Below, in pieces: positions 10,606-22,250 of a DNA stretch of 64,000 bases. The stretch comes from Octopus sinensis (taxonomy: Eukaryota). The notes under the pieces are model-generated. The model saw only the letters and a list, made by a program, of their open reading frames with translations. It was not told where the DNA came from and did no database searches. Location of the stretch: positions 104,532,001 through 104,596,000 of the forward strand of contig NC_043006.1 of NCBI RefSeq assembly GCF_006345805.1, given 5' to 3'. The position numbers and the translations under genes were made by a program. Position 1 is the stretch's first letter; each line of letters starts with the position of its first letter.

Positions 10606-11898
10606 CTTACTTAAAAGGCTGAAGATGACAATAATTACAGCAAAAACTACAAGAACAATAATAATAATACAACTTTACTTTAAAGAAATGTTACTGTATG
10701 TCTCTCTCTGAGAGATTTAGAAATAATACTATTTCTATTTATAGATCAGCGGTTGTGTGTCACTTTGAAATCGTAAATTATTCTGCCTCATCATTTATTA
10801 CGAGGCTAAAAGCCGCACTCCCTGCGGACTTTTGACCTGGTTCCTGCTGGGCCTAATTGGGCCTGAGGCCCAAAACAAAAGCGACCAAAATAGCATGACT
10901 ATAATATGTCTATATGCCCCTGTAGTGTTTGATCAGGACGGATGAGAATTAATTCTGTAATACAATCATTCTATTGTTCCAGTCCCAATTTGAATTCCAC
11001 CTGTTGGATAACTTGTCCTCAAGTTCTTATCTCGACGAAGCGAATGTCATTTATCTTCCTCTTCATTTCTGACGTCACCTGACAAACGCCAACCAAGGTG
11101 GCGTGAATCATCTAAGCTTTACCTGCAAGAAATAACAACCAAATTCTTTGAAATCAGATCACAATTTTGGACGTTCAAGAGCCAAATGAAGGGCAGATTT
11201 TCAATCCAGGAATCATCCTGTTTCCAAAAATGTACGCAGAGAGAATGTAGCCTGAGATACAGGAGTCCCAGACGAACAGCCTGAATTTCGCATCTCTTAT
11301 TATAGATAATTCGTTACACTTATGTTTTAGAAGTTATAATTCGTTATAATTAATTTTTTTTATTAAAAACGTAATGTTTATTATAGTTCGTTATGCTAAG
11401 GTATTTTTATAAAAAACTGTTTCATTTTATTTCGTTATAGTTAAGTGTTTTTATTTTAAAAAATAACATCTATTATAATCTATTTTGCAAATAATGATGT
11501 CTGCTATAATTTGTTATATTAACACAAGGTTACACATATTAAAGGGAGGGTGCTACGTGACTTATTCTACTGATGATAGAATTAAACCACGTAAAGTATG
11601 GGATTACTGCTTCAGTCTTAAAGGTGGAAAAAGAAAATAACCCAAAGTAGGAGAATCATTGTCAATCGAGGACGTAAATCAAAACTATAAGGAATCATTC
11701 ACAGAAGGCAACAATAGAATGGAAGAATTGGTTCTATTATGAATAACATAAATTTGATGACATATTACACGTATACATGAAGGCAAGTTTAGCTGAATAT
11801 AGAAAGCTGTCTCATTTAATTATCGCATATTAAACATAAGAAAATCTGATGATGTATGTTCATACATACATGCACACACACGGATATATGTGTGTATG

Positions 11899-11984
<86 letters not shown>

Positions 11985-11988
<4 letters not shown>

Positions 11989-12202
11989 ATCCAAACCTGA
12001 AAACACAAAGAGAAAACACAATAACGCGAGGACGTGGAACAAGTATAGTATTATTGGACGCTCAGGAAAGAGGGAAAGAATGAGGGCTTAATGTTTCGAG
12101 CGGAGCTCTTCGTCAGAAACATAGGAAAAGGAAAGATCCAAAGAAGGAAAGACGGAGGAAAAAAAATCGCCAACGATACACATGCGGTCACATTTTGAAT
12201 AT
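11985..12202 (-). mobile_element. Penelope-type pseudo-LTR fragment (second family)
   Basis: Contains the hammerhead at 12086-12120. A truncated copy of the same end (taatccaaac..aacgcgaggacgtggaacaa) lies at about 29238-29295. Confidence 0.6.
12086..12120 (-). ncRNA. Minimal type I hammerhead ribozyme
   Basis: GTTT-CTGACGA-A-GAGC-TCC-GCTC-GAAA-CA-T-T-AAGC. The core is canonical; the stem III loop is CA, probably from CpG decay of CG. Confidence 0.65.
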
Positions 12203-12242
12203 ATATATAATGTATATATATACATAAATATGTATATATGTA

Positions 12243-12398
12243 TGTGTGGCTGTGTGGTAAGTAGCTTCCTTACCAACCACATGGTTCCGGGCTCATCCCA
12301 TTGCGTGGCACCTTGGGCAAGTTTCTTCTACTATAGCATCGGGCCAACCAAACCCTTGTAAGTGGATTTCGTAGACAGAAACTGAAAGAAGCCCGTCG

Positions 12399-12429
<31 letters not shown>

Positions 12430-12770
12430 GTGTGTGTTTGTGTGTTTGTGTGTCTGTGTTTTCCCCCACCCAACATCGCTTGACAACCGATGTTGGTATG
12501 TTTACCTCCCCGTAATCTAGCAGTTCGGCAAAGAGACCGATAAAATAAGTACTTGGCTTACAAAGCTAAGTCCTGGGGTCGATGTGCTCGACTAAAGGCG
12601 GTGCTCCAGCATGTCCGCAGTCAAATGACTGAAACAAGTAAAAGTGTAAAAGTGAGTATACACACATACACATACACACGCACACGGGGACATACATACA
12701 GACGCATATATATGTATGTGCTCCAGCATGGCCGCAGTCAAATGACTGAAACAAGTAAAAGAGTAAAAGA
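12243..12770 (+). mobile_element. SINE family A, full length, with a duplicated 3' tail
   Basis: Head gtggctgtgtggtaagtagc..ggttccgggctca, internal (TA/TG)n, and tail ctccagcatg.ccgcagtcaaatgactgaaacaagtaaaag at about 12604 and again at about 12721. Confidence 0.9.
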
Positions 12771-12913
12771 GTATATACACAAACATGACAGAAGTATATA
12801 GACTCCCTTATAATCATTGAAATTTATTTAAATCTGAAATTATACATTCAAATTATTTATTAATTTTCATTATTTACTTTTGACAGATATTTATCCTCAT
12901 ACTGTTCGTTGAT

Positions 12914-12959
12914 AACTCAACGTTTCGGCTGATACATCCCCCAGCCTTCATCAGGTGTC
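12914..12959 (-). ncRNA. Minimal type I hammerhead ribozyme in a Penelope pLTR fragment
   Basis: GACAC-CTGATGA-A-GGCTG-ggggatgtat-CAGCC-GAAA-CG-T-T-GAGTT. Canonical core, perfect 5-bp stem II, one stem I mismatch. Confidence 0.72.
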
Positions 12960-13084
12960 TTGGGGACATTTTATTGGTTTCATCCCCCACTTTTTCTTCA
13001 TAACTGGAGTGGATAGTATGTTTTTGGTGTAGTTGTTGCTTAATAGATTTTAACTGAGCTTGATCATTTTTTCTTGGTGTGTAT

Positions 13085-13565
13085 CACGATCGCTAGTTAC
13101 ATTATGCCTACCCTGTGTGAAAGCCTCTCCGAAAAAGATACAAAAGATATGTGGCCCATATGACATCAGGATAGTATTCAAGCGTAATACAATACTTTGC
13201 AAATATCTCCTTCGAGTAAAACCACCAATAGAAGAGAATATCACCAAAGACTGCGTGTACTCCATTCTATGTAGCTGTGATAGTTTATGCAAAGGCGAAA
13301 CATGCCGCCCCCACAAAATAAGGTTAGAGGAACATCACAAAACTGCCACACGAGGAGATATCGATAAATCGAATATAACTGATCATGTATGGAAAAATAG
13401 AGACCACCTCCCCCTGTGGGATGAAGTTAAAATAATAGTCAGAGAACACTACTGGAAAATATGAAAACTAAAAGAAGCAGCACATATGCTAGGACACAAC
13501 AACCTCCTAAGGAGACCGAGTGCAAATATGAGTAGCATATGGGAACTGGTATTAAGGAAGGATAG
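13085..13565 (+). mobile_element. Penelope-like element remnant (GIY-YIG endonuclease)
   Basis: ORF 13060-13464 has DCVYSILCSCDSLCKGETCRPHKIRLEEH..SNITDHVW..PLWDEVKII; after one stop it continues KLKEAAHM. Confidence 0.85.
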
Positions 13566-13782
13566 GAAAATATTAGATTGCTGTTGTTGTTGTTGTTAAC
13601 AGCAGCAACAACAACAACAACAACAATAAAAATAACACGCAGCCTTGACCAGAAATTAAACTCACGATTTATGGTTGTGCGCCAGACACCATTTGTATGT
13701 TTTTATTTATGAATACATATGTGTGTGTGTGTGTGCGTGTGTGAATGCTTCCGTGTGTGTGTGTGCATGTATCGTTTTATTT

Positions 13783-14435
13783 ATGATGGCTGCCCCTCCC
13801 TATCGAGTATGGCCATTGCACGAAGCTTAACTGTTATTGGTGCTGTGACCGAATGTAACTTTTATTTGCTTTTTAAGGCTACAGCCAGCCATTCAGTTGA
13901 GACTCACAGCACCATCAACAATCATGAACAATGTTGTTATCGAGCAATGCCTGTGCAAGAAGATTTTTTTTAATTGAGGAAAGGCTGTGCATTGAGTCAA
14001 TCCCACTCACTAAGCAACATCAGCCATAATCCGAAAAGAAGAACAAGTCAACATCATCGGTAACCACTGAGCCGCATGTTTTATGTCGGAGTTATCCCAG
14101 TTACCTGAGTTACCTTCTCCTAGAACGATGCCCTAACAAAGGCTAGGAGTCCTCCACTCCCAATGGTTTAACCGCATGATCGGGTATTAAGTCCAATTAT
14201 TTCTATGTTCCCCCGCATGATACAGCCTTAAGCCTTAAGAAAAAAAAATTACACATTTATTGGATGGCCGTTGACTCTGAAGAGTCCCTCCGCCCTTTAC
14301 GGGTTTTGTTTTTCATCCCGCAGGGTGTCCAATAAACACCCTCCTCACCAAGCAAGTTTGGTGGGGTTACCGGTTTAGTCGCCGACGGCCCGACCATACA
14401 ACAGGTTGTACTGGGTTACATGTTACCAGTAGCAC
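13783..14435 (-). mobile_element. About 650-bp non-coding interspersed element, copy 1
   Basis: Collinear reverse-complement homolog at 61820-62475 with the same two ends. Confidence 0.85.
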
Positions 14436-14475
14436 ATGCATACATACATACATACATACATACATACATACCCAT

Positions 14476-14850
14476 GAGACATGATGTGTTAGCTAGAACA
14501 ATATGGAATGCATTGCAGAAGACAGAAATAAAATCAAATAGGGAGGAATAAATTGAGACTAATGGTTCAAAGAAAAACTGGTGAAACCTAAAAGTTCAAA
14601 CTGTCACCAAATTAAAACACCACCGGTCTGATGTTGTTGTTTGGGGCCATACATTAAACACATTCTCTGTCATAGAAATCAGCTGCCCATCTGACGTCAA
14701 GAGAAGGAAGATACCAGCGGACCATTAATACGAAGCTTGCAGATCCAGTCTCCAAGATACACATTCAGCTCCATACATGTTATCATTGGAGCCACAGGTT
14801 ATATTTACACCCGCCTGGACGAAGGTATAACAGAACTTGGCCGCGATATT
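14476..14850 (+). mobile_element. Decayed RLE (R4/NeSL-like) retrotransposon 3' remnant
   Basis: RHDVLARTIWNALQK..., KLKHHRSDVVVWGH..FSVIEISCPSDV, HVIIGATG. Confidence 0.65.
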
Positions 14851-15113
14851 TGAAATATTCAATATTTGTGAAAGGTTCTTACGATTTCAAGGATAAACTC
14901 TTACACAAAAGACGGTAATTTCTTTTTCTTTACAACTTTACTCCCACCACCCCGGGTATCTAACCAGTCAAGAGTAAACTAACTTGGAGAAAAAGAGTGA
15001 ACACACACACAATCAATCCATCCATCAATACATACATAAATACATACATATATCTACATCTAAATTCATACCTTTATGCATACATCCATACATATATGCA
15101 TGTGTGTGTGTGT

Positions 15114-15144
<31 letters not shown>

Positions 15145-16624
15145 CAACTGCCGTGCCGATGACCGTTATTGAGGCAGAAACACGGGTACATAATTTTCAC
15201 CTTATATCTAGTAACAAAAAATCTGTTCTTTTCCTTAATGGTTGCCAGCTTAGCAGAATTCATATGAGTGTTCTCAACTGTCTTTGGTAATTATGACATC
15301 CTCTCGAGGCGGATATAATTTTAAAACATCAGGAATAACAGCTATGATACGTGTGATATCCCTATAATTACACACACACACACACACACACACATACACA
15401 CACATGCACGCACATATGTACGCACATATGTAAGCACATGATTCTGGGAGTCGTAATTAGTGGAGTTACAGAATAAAACCAAAACAATTACAAATATAAT
15501 CCTTTGGAGCAATACAAAAGACATCCAGGTGGTCCATCCAGCGATCAGTGAATACATAGGTTATCGGCAATGTAAAGGAATGTCAATATTACACTTCGCT
15601 TCAAAACTAATTATTTATAAAATTTGACAAACAGAAATATCAATGTTTGTACTGATAAAGACAGCTTTCCATAGTGTTGTCCGAAGTAAACAAACTCGCA
15701 GGCATGTCATTTCATAACAGAACAAATCAAAATATATGGAACACTGTGTAGGAAATAAATCTGCAGTTCAGTTTCTTTGCCGAAAGAGGAAGTGTTATTT
15801 AGTGAACAGTAAAAAGCCCATATCATACAACATACCACTGTATCTAGCAATTGGATCACCCTGGTTTCCATGAAGTACTTTGACGTGAGTCTCAGTTGAC
15901 TTGTCTGGTTGAGTAGTCGTTGTTGTGATCCGAAGTGTTTTCTGACTCTGATTTGGAGCCAGTCTCAGAGATGCAGTTGTAGCAAGTACACATTTTTAAA
16001 TAAGTCGCCAATTTGTTATTACTGGCAATATGACGTAATGTCGTATTGCCGAAGAAATATTATTGTCGTTTTTCCATTGGTTAATATACCTGCTCATATA
16101 AGAATACTAAGAGTTACTTAAAGAATATATGTATGTAATTTCGATTCTTTACAGTCAAGTTGAGCAGTTATAAAAACCCTGGATTTTGGGAAAAACTTCA
16201 GTGTTTGTTGGATGTAACTAAACCCAACAAACTATACAGTTCTTGCGAGTGAATGGTTACATTATGGAGCACTATGGTGTTTATTTCTGAATATATATAC
16301 ACAGTTATTCTGTTTTTTGCTGTTGAAGGGAGCAGAATTTGCAGGATCCTGTTGGTGAAGTTTCTAAATGTCTCGGTCTACAAATTCAGTGTATGATTAG
16401 CTTAGGGAAAATTCAAATGAGTGCGTAAAATCTGCGTACAAATGGCCTTTCATACAAATGAAAGTGGGTGGTTGTAATATAGGAAGCAAAGTGGTGTAGA
16501 GAAAGCCAAAAGCTGTGAGAAACCTACATTGAAAATAAAAAATAAGAAAAAAAAGTGGAAATTCTACCGGTGAGTGTGTTAAATAATAAGGCACAAAAAG
16601 AAAATGACTCTCCCCAGACACAAC

Positions 16625-16745
16625 AGAATTTTAATTTTTAGTTTCCATCAGTATTCCTTTAAGCCATCAGTCTCAATATATTCCTCTTTATTTGACTTTA
16701 TTTTCGTCTTCTGCATCGCATTCCATATTGTTCTAGCTGCAGTTT
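16625..16745 (-). mobile_element. Fragment of the same RLE family as 14476-14850
   Basis: Reverse complement reads gctagaacaatatggaatgcgatgcagaagac..attgagactgatgg, matching about 14495-14590. Confidence 0.7.
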
Positions 16746-17369
16746 GGAGAGCAGAATAATTTGCGAGAAACGGAAAGCACCGAAGCATCCTTCGTAGTCC
16801 AAACAGTATCGGAATGTGCAGAGCTTGTGGAAAATACTCAATATTGTAAACGTGTGTGCTTAAAACTATTCTTTACTGCTGAGATGTAATACAACCAGTA
16901 CTTCTCCGAAGTTGTCACCGTACAGCTAAAGATCGTACGTATTTCCCACTGCATTCCATGTTTAATTAGTTTTAATTAATTAATTAACATTCCTCGCATC
17001 TGTTTTTCCTTTTTTTTTTAAACAGAATTACTCATTAAAATAATGGTTGCACACATCATAAAATTTGTAATTTTAATTAAACACAAGATTTCAACTTACA
17101 TGAATTATACTAACATATCTTTTTCCTATTAATACAAAAGAAGATGCAGCTATATACATATTCACCACTATACACATATAGAAATACATGTACGAATGTG
17201 TCCAGACATATAGACACGCATATAGAGAAACGCACGTATATGCATGCACACATACTCAGAGATATACACATAGAATCATTAACTCAATTACACACACGCG
17301 CAGATATACACTCAGTTAAAAATACAAACGTATACGTTTTCTAAGACACAACTACGTATACACACACAC

Positions 17370-17411
<42 letters not shown>

Positions 17412-17471
17412 TCTATACACACACACACGTATATATATATATATACGTATATATATATATATACGTATATA

Positions 17472-17513
<42 letters not shown>

Positions 17514-17805
17514 TATACATACATATATATGTACATACATATATGAAAAAGAGAGGACAAAGGAATAAGCGATTATCTTTGAACTTCATTAGGTTACGGC
17601 TGTTTCCGACACTAGATGCAGTGGACTTATTGTTGTGTGCCTAAGTAACACCTTATAGCTTCATCGAAACTTAGAATAAATAAATACAGGCGCACATACA
17701 CATACACACAAATATATATATATATATATATAACGTGTGGAAGTGTTAACAGTGATGTGTATAAATGCAATGTTCGGATATGTAAGTGGTCACTGTCTAT
17801 TTTCT

Positions 17806-17849
17806 GTATCTGAAGAGGAGATAACCACTCCGAAATGCTTGCATATCAC
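17806..17849 (+). ncRNA. Hammerhead-like motif with canonical core and imperfect stem I
   Basis: GTAT-CTGAAGA-GGAG-ataacca-CTCC-GAAA-TGC-TT-GCAT-A; stem I pairing is poor. Confidence 0.4.
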
Positions 17850-18129
17850 AATATGGATAGGTGGTGCTGCGAGCTGGTTTAGGTGTATTTACATCATTTG
17901 TCTACACCGAGAATTTTCCTCATGACAACACAGTGAATTCGAACGTGCCACTGACATACTTGAAATGGTAATAACATTGGATATACATACATACATACAT
18001 ACATACACGCACACACACACACACATATACATATGTATGTTTGTATATGTATATGTATGTATTTATGTATAATTTCTTACGATAATTAAATATTTTGACC
18101 TAGAGTGATATAGGTACTATTGGTAGTAT

Positions 18130-18602
18130 ATTTATGCTCAATATTCTGTTCAATACCACAGATTTGCTTGTCAGTTGTTTGACCATAACCAGTTGAGCAT
18201 GTCCCTTAGTGGCTGACGATATGTGCATCTCTGATCACGAGCAGAAATAGAGGGGGAGCTTCATAGCTGTGTGTCGAAAGGAATTCTTTGAGGTTTGGAT
18301 AATTCACCTTCGGAAACATTGAGCATAAATATACTACCAATAGTACCTACATCCTTAAACAATCCTTATTCACGGATCTTTTGAACGGGATGGGCTACTC
18401 GACCAGAAAGAAATTCCAATTGGGCCCTACGTGCAAGGTCATGCGCTGTTTCTAATGATATGAGATCACCATGTCTCGCACATATGGTTGTGATACATGT
18501 GCCTGGTGTACCCTTATCAGACGGGTAGTCATGATGGGTATACTGGGCTTCGTATATTTTACCCCAGTGTCACTTTGAAAGCATACACTGCTCTCTCACT
18601 CA
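18130..18602 (+). mobile_element. Unclassified about 500-bp retroposon-like repeat with an (AAT)n tail
   Basis: Reverse-complement copy at 28066-28565 (ggctgacgatatgtgcatctctg..cccttatcagacgggtagtcatgatggg..ctctctcactcaat). Confidence 0.75.
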
Positions 18603-18667
18603 ATAATAATAAAGATAATAATAATAATAATATTAATAATAACAACAATAATAATAACAACAACAAC

Positions 18668-18759
<92 letters not shown>

Positions 18760-18767
18760 AATAAATA

Positions 18768-19180
18768 AATTTAATTGTAGGAATACGATTAACTGTCCAC
18801 TGAATGGGATTTGTCTTGAAAAGAATATAATATAGAGGTCTTAGACAAGAACTAGATATGATTGGGTTTTCTATATTGGATGTACTTCTAACAACTTTAA
18901 GTCACGATATAATTATCCTTGCTCAGATTTTGGTATAAATAAAAGCGATGGATCTACCAAACTTAGTAAATATATACGGAGACTAAAGAAAAACGATATT
19001 GATTATGAGATAAAAATGGTCTATAATCGGCTTTGCGAAATCATACTCATCTGGAATTAATAGATACAATCTAGGGTCTGGATGAATTATATCAAATATT
19101 AACGTCTGGTCTAAAATTGTTCAACTCGACCTCAAATTTGATTATGGATCGTACCCATAATTTTATAAAAACATATTTAT
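18768..19180 (+). mobile_element. Penelope-like (Neptune-type) GIY-YIG remnant
   Basis: FNCRNTINCPLNGICLEKNII*..FYIGCTSNNFKSRYN..STKLSKYIRRLKKNDIDYEIK. Confidence 0.8.
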
Positions 19181-19568
19181 TTTATAAATGATAGTTTATA
19201 AATGTTTTATACTAATAAACCTTATTAATATATAATAGTAATTGATACGTTATATGAAATATATGGAGGTATGCATCATGGTATTTGTATCGAAATATGT
19301 CTATGATTATCTATGTATGTATCTATATAGTTAAGTGTGTGTATATATGCATATATGTATATGTACGTGGGTTTGTATATGTGTATGCATGCATGTATAT
19401 GTATGTATCTGTATACTTAAGTGTATGTAAATATGCATATACGTATGTATATGTACATGGGTATGTATATGTGTATGCATGCATGTATAAGTATGTATAT
19501 ATATGTGTGTGTGTGTTTGTGTGTGTGTGTGTATAAGTGTATGTATATACATATTTGTTTATGTATAT

Positions 19569-19650
19569 ATGAAGGCTGGAGGGTATATCAGCCGATACGT
19601 TGTGTTAACAACAAATAAAATGAGGACAAATATCCGTCAAATGTTAATAA
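19569..19650 (+). mobile_element. 5'-truncated copy of the 12914 pLTR family with an inactivated hammerhead
   Basis: ATGA-A-GGCTG-gagggtatat-CAGCC-GATA-CG-TT-GTGTT; lacks the 5' CTG and has GAAA>GATA. Confidence 0.7.
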
Positions 19651-19652
19651 TG

Positions 19653-19683
<31 letters not shown>

Positions 19684-19865
19684 GTGTGTGTGTGGGGGTG
19701 TGTGTGTGTGAGTGTGTGTGTGTGTGTGTGTCTTAATGGATAGATTTATAGTTTTATATTTCTATAATATACCTGGGGGGTCTATTAACTAGTCTAAGCT
19801 TTATGTCAATTACATTTGAGGTATTTTAGTTAATAATATATTTGCAGAGGCGTAGGAATAAATAA

Positions 19866-20760
19866 ATAAATATATGCCATGGGAAGAGAACATCGCTAAT
19901 GCAGAGCAACGGAATGAGAAGAGGTATGATAGATTAATCGAAGAGCGCGGAGAAGAGGGATGAACTGTCGAGTATTACCAACTAGCAGTGGGGTCTATGG
20001 ATTTCATTGAAAGGAAAATGACGACGTTATTTAAAAGAAGGGGTTTATTTTCGAGCCCGGAGCTGAGAAAACTAATAAGGCGGATACAGGAGGCAATCGA
20101 AAAAGCCCGCTTCTATAAGTGGCTGAAGCGTGAAGACCCAAAATGGCTTGAAAACCATAAGATTCCGACTAAGAAATAGTGTCTCTTGGTTAGCCTGGCT
20201 GACACTTAAACAGCATCGCTGATTGACAGGTAGGCCAAGGTAGCGATCTCGTTCATAGCGCGCCCTCCTCTCGGTTCGCAGTCTTGTACTACCAGCTGGT
20301 CTAACTTGTACTACCTTGTACTTCCAGCTGGTACTAACAGCTGGTCGGCTCTGGCTGCTGGAACTGAAACTAACACGACACTGTTGGAAGGCAGGTTTAG
20401 AGAGGGCATGAACTAAGAATACGCGCCCTTCCCCACCATTGCCCAGTTGAAGCTTAGAGAGCGTCACATGACAGTTAGCTGGTGCTGACGTATGGAGCCT
20501 TCGGACGAGTATTTAAAGAGGAATGTGACAGGATGGTCGGTCACCCGCTGACATTCGTTGCCGCTGGATCGAAGAAACCAAACAAAAGAAAAAAAGGGAA
20601 AGAAGAAACGCACTCAACACTATAGCTGAAGATACCTCCAAAAAGGGGAGCCCTGCTACATAATAAACGATAGAGGATTAGGGGCCTAAACCGGGTGTGG
20701 TTCCTCCCGATGATTCTTTAGCCACTGAATCCTATAAAAGAACTGTTGAGTTTGCAAACC
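19866..20760 (+). mobile_element. HERO-like RLE non-LTR retrotransposon 3' end (ORF C-terminus to 20179 plus 3' UTR)
   Basis: PWEENIANAEQRNEKRYDRLIEE..G*TVEYYQLAVGS..IQEAIEKARFYKWLKRE, the PWE..KY..L / EVG / A..W.W.KR pattern of this clade. Confidence 0.65.
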
Positions 20761-21809
20761 ATGAAACGTGTTTGGAATTCCTCATATATATATATGTTAT
20801 GTGTGTATGTGTGTATGTGTGTATATATCAATATATGTATATGGATGGATGGCGGTGTGTATATGTGTATGTATTTATATAATATTCTATATCAATGTAT
20901 GTTTATATGCATACGTGAATGTATTGATATTGATTTGTATTGATACATTTATATATTTATGTATCATTAAGTGTGTATATGCATGTAAGTGTGTGTGTGT
21001 TTGTGTATGTGTGTGTGTTATAACACACACAGGTGTTTTGATTCCAGTCTAAATCTATGAATGTTGCTAGTTTTTCTTTATTTTATGGTAATTTAGATTT
21101 AGACATTTCTTGGAGTTAATGAATTTCTTGTTTTTTTAATTTGTGTATGCAAATACGGGTTGACAAGCTATTAATTAATAAAATTTGTCTTAAACAACAA
21201 CATATAGTTTATTTTTCGATAGGTCGATTTAACTGTATGAATAATATGGTGTATTTATGCATCCTCCAAATGTAATATGAGGCTAATGGTCTTAATATAA
21301 GTATATAATCTTTATCAATTAGTGAATTGATCTAATGGTCTTGGTATAAATGCAGGTATGCCTGTGTGTCTATGTGTACGCGAGTGGGGGTTGCAGGTAT
21401 ACCTGTGTGTCTATGTGTATGCGAGTGGGGGTATGCGTCTACAAATGAATATGTGCGTATATAATTATATGTATATGAGTGTGTCAGTTCTTTCAATCCA
21501 ATGTTTGATTCCTGTGCTGACATGAGACGGAGAATCTGGATTAAAGATTGTTTTTTATTTATGTATATGTACATATGTGTAGTACTTTGTGTGCGTGTTC
21601 AATACAATTTACAAATTTGGTCCTTCATCTAGTACAACTTATTATAGAAATATTTTCAGCCATTCAATTTGGGGGAGAACTTAGTTATGAAGTAGGAATC
21701 AAACATTGGATTGAAAGAACTGAACAGTGGTATAAATATCAGCACAATTATTTCTTCTTTCCCTTTTTCTTCTCTCTTCCCTTTTCCAGCGACACCCATT
21801 CCAGATTCA

Positions 21810-22250
21810 CAGCCCCCCCCCCACACACACACACTCACAAAAAAATAATAAAAAGAAATCCAGACAATTTTTTGAATAGTGACATTTTACCCCCCTTGAA
21901 GTGGCCAATTTCTAAAAGCCAAAAATCAATTGCCAAAATATAAACACTTTTTCCCATTTAACACTTCTTTCAGATACACAGATCCCCCCACACACACACA
22001 CATACACCAGACACACTCTCACAAGACAATGATAAAAAAGAAATCCAGACAATTTTTTGAATAGTGACATTTTACCCCCCTTGAAGTGGCCAATTTCTAA
22101 AAGCCAAAAATCAATTGCCAAAATATAAACACTTTTTCCCATTTAACACTTCTTTCAGATACACAGATCCCCCCACACACACACACATACACCAGACACA
22201 CTCTCACAAGACAATGATAAAAAAGAAATCCAGACAATTTTTAAAAAGTG
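21810..22250. repeat. Tandem repeat, period about 186 bp, about 2.3 copies
   Basis: aaagaaatccagacaatttt recurs at about 21852, 22038 and 22222. Confidence 0.9.

Noticed and set aside
15342-15557. Minus-strand ORF with a signal-peptide-like stretch (MSFVLLQRIIFVIVLVLFC)
   Set aside because: It runs into (TG)n, has no good donor or downstream exon, and hydrophobic runs are common in T-rich DNA.
15836-16095. Minus-strand AG/GT-bounded segment
   Set aside because: All three frames contain stops.
18212-18250. CTGACGA...GAAA in the 500-bp repeat
   Set aside because: No stem II adjacent to the core, and the sister copy has GAAG.
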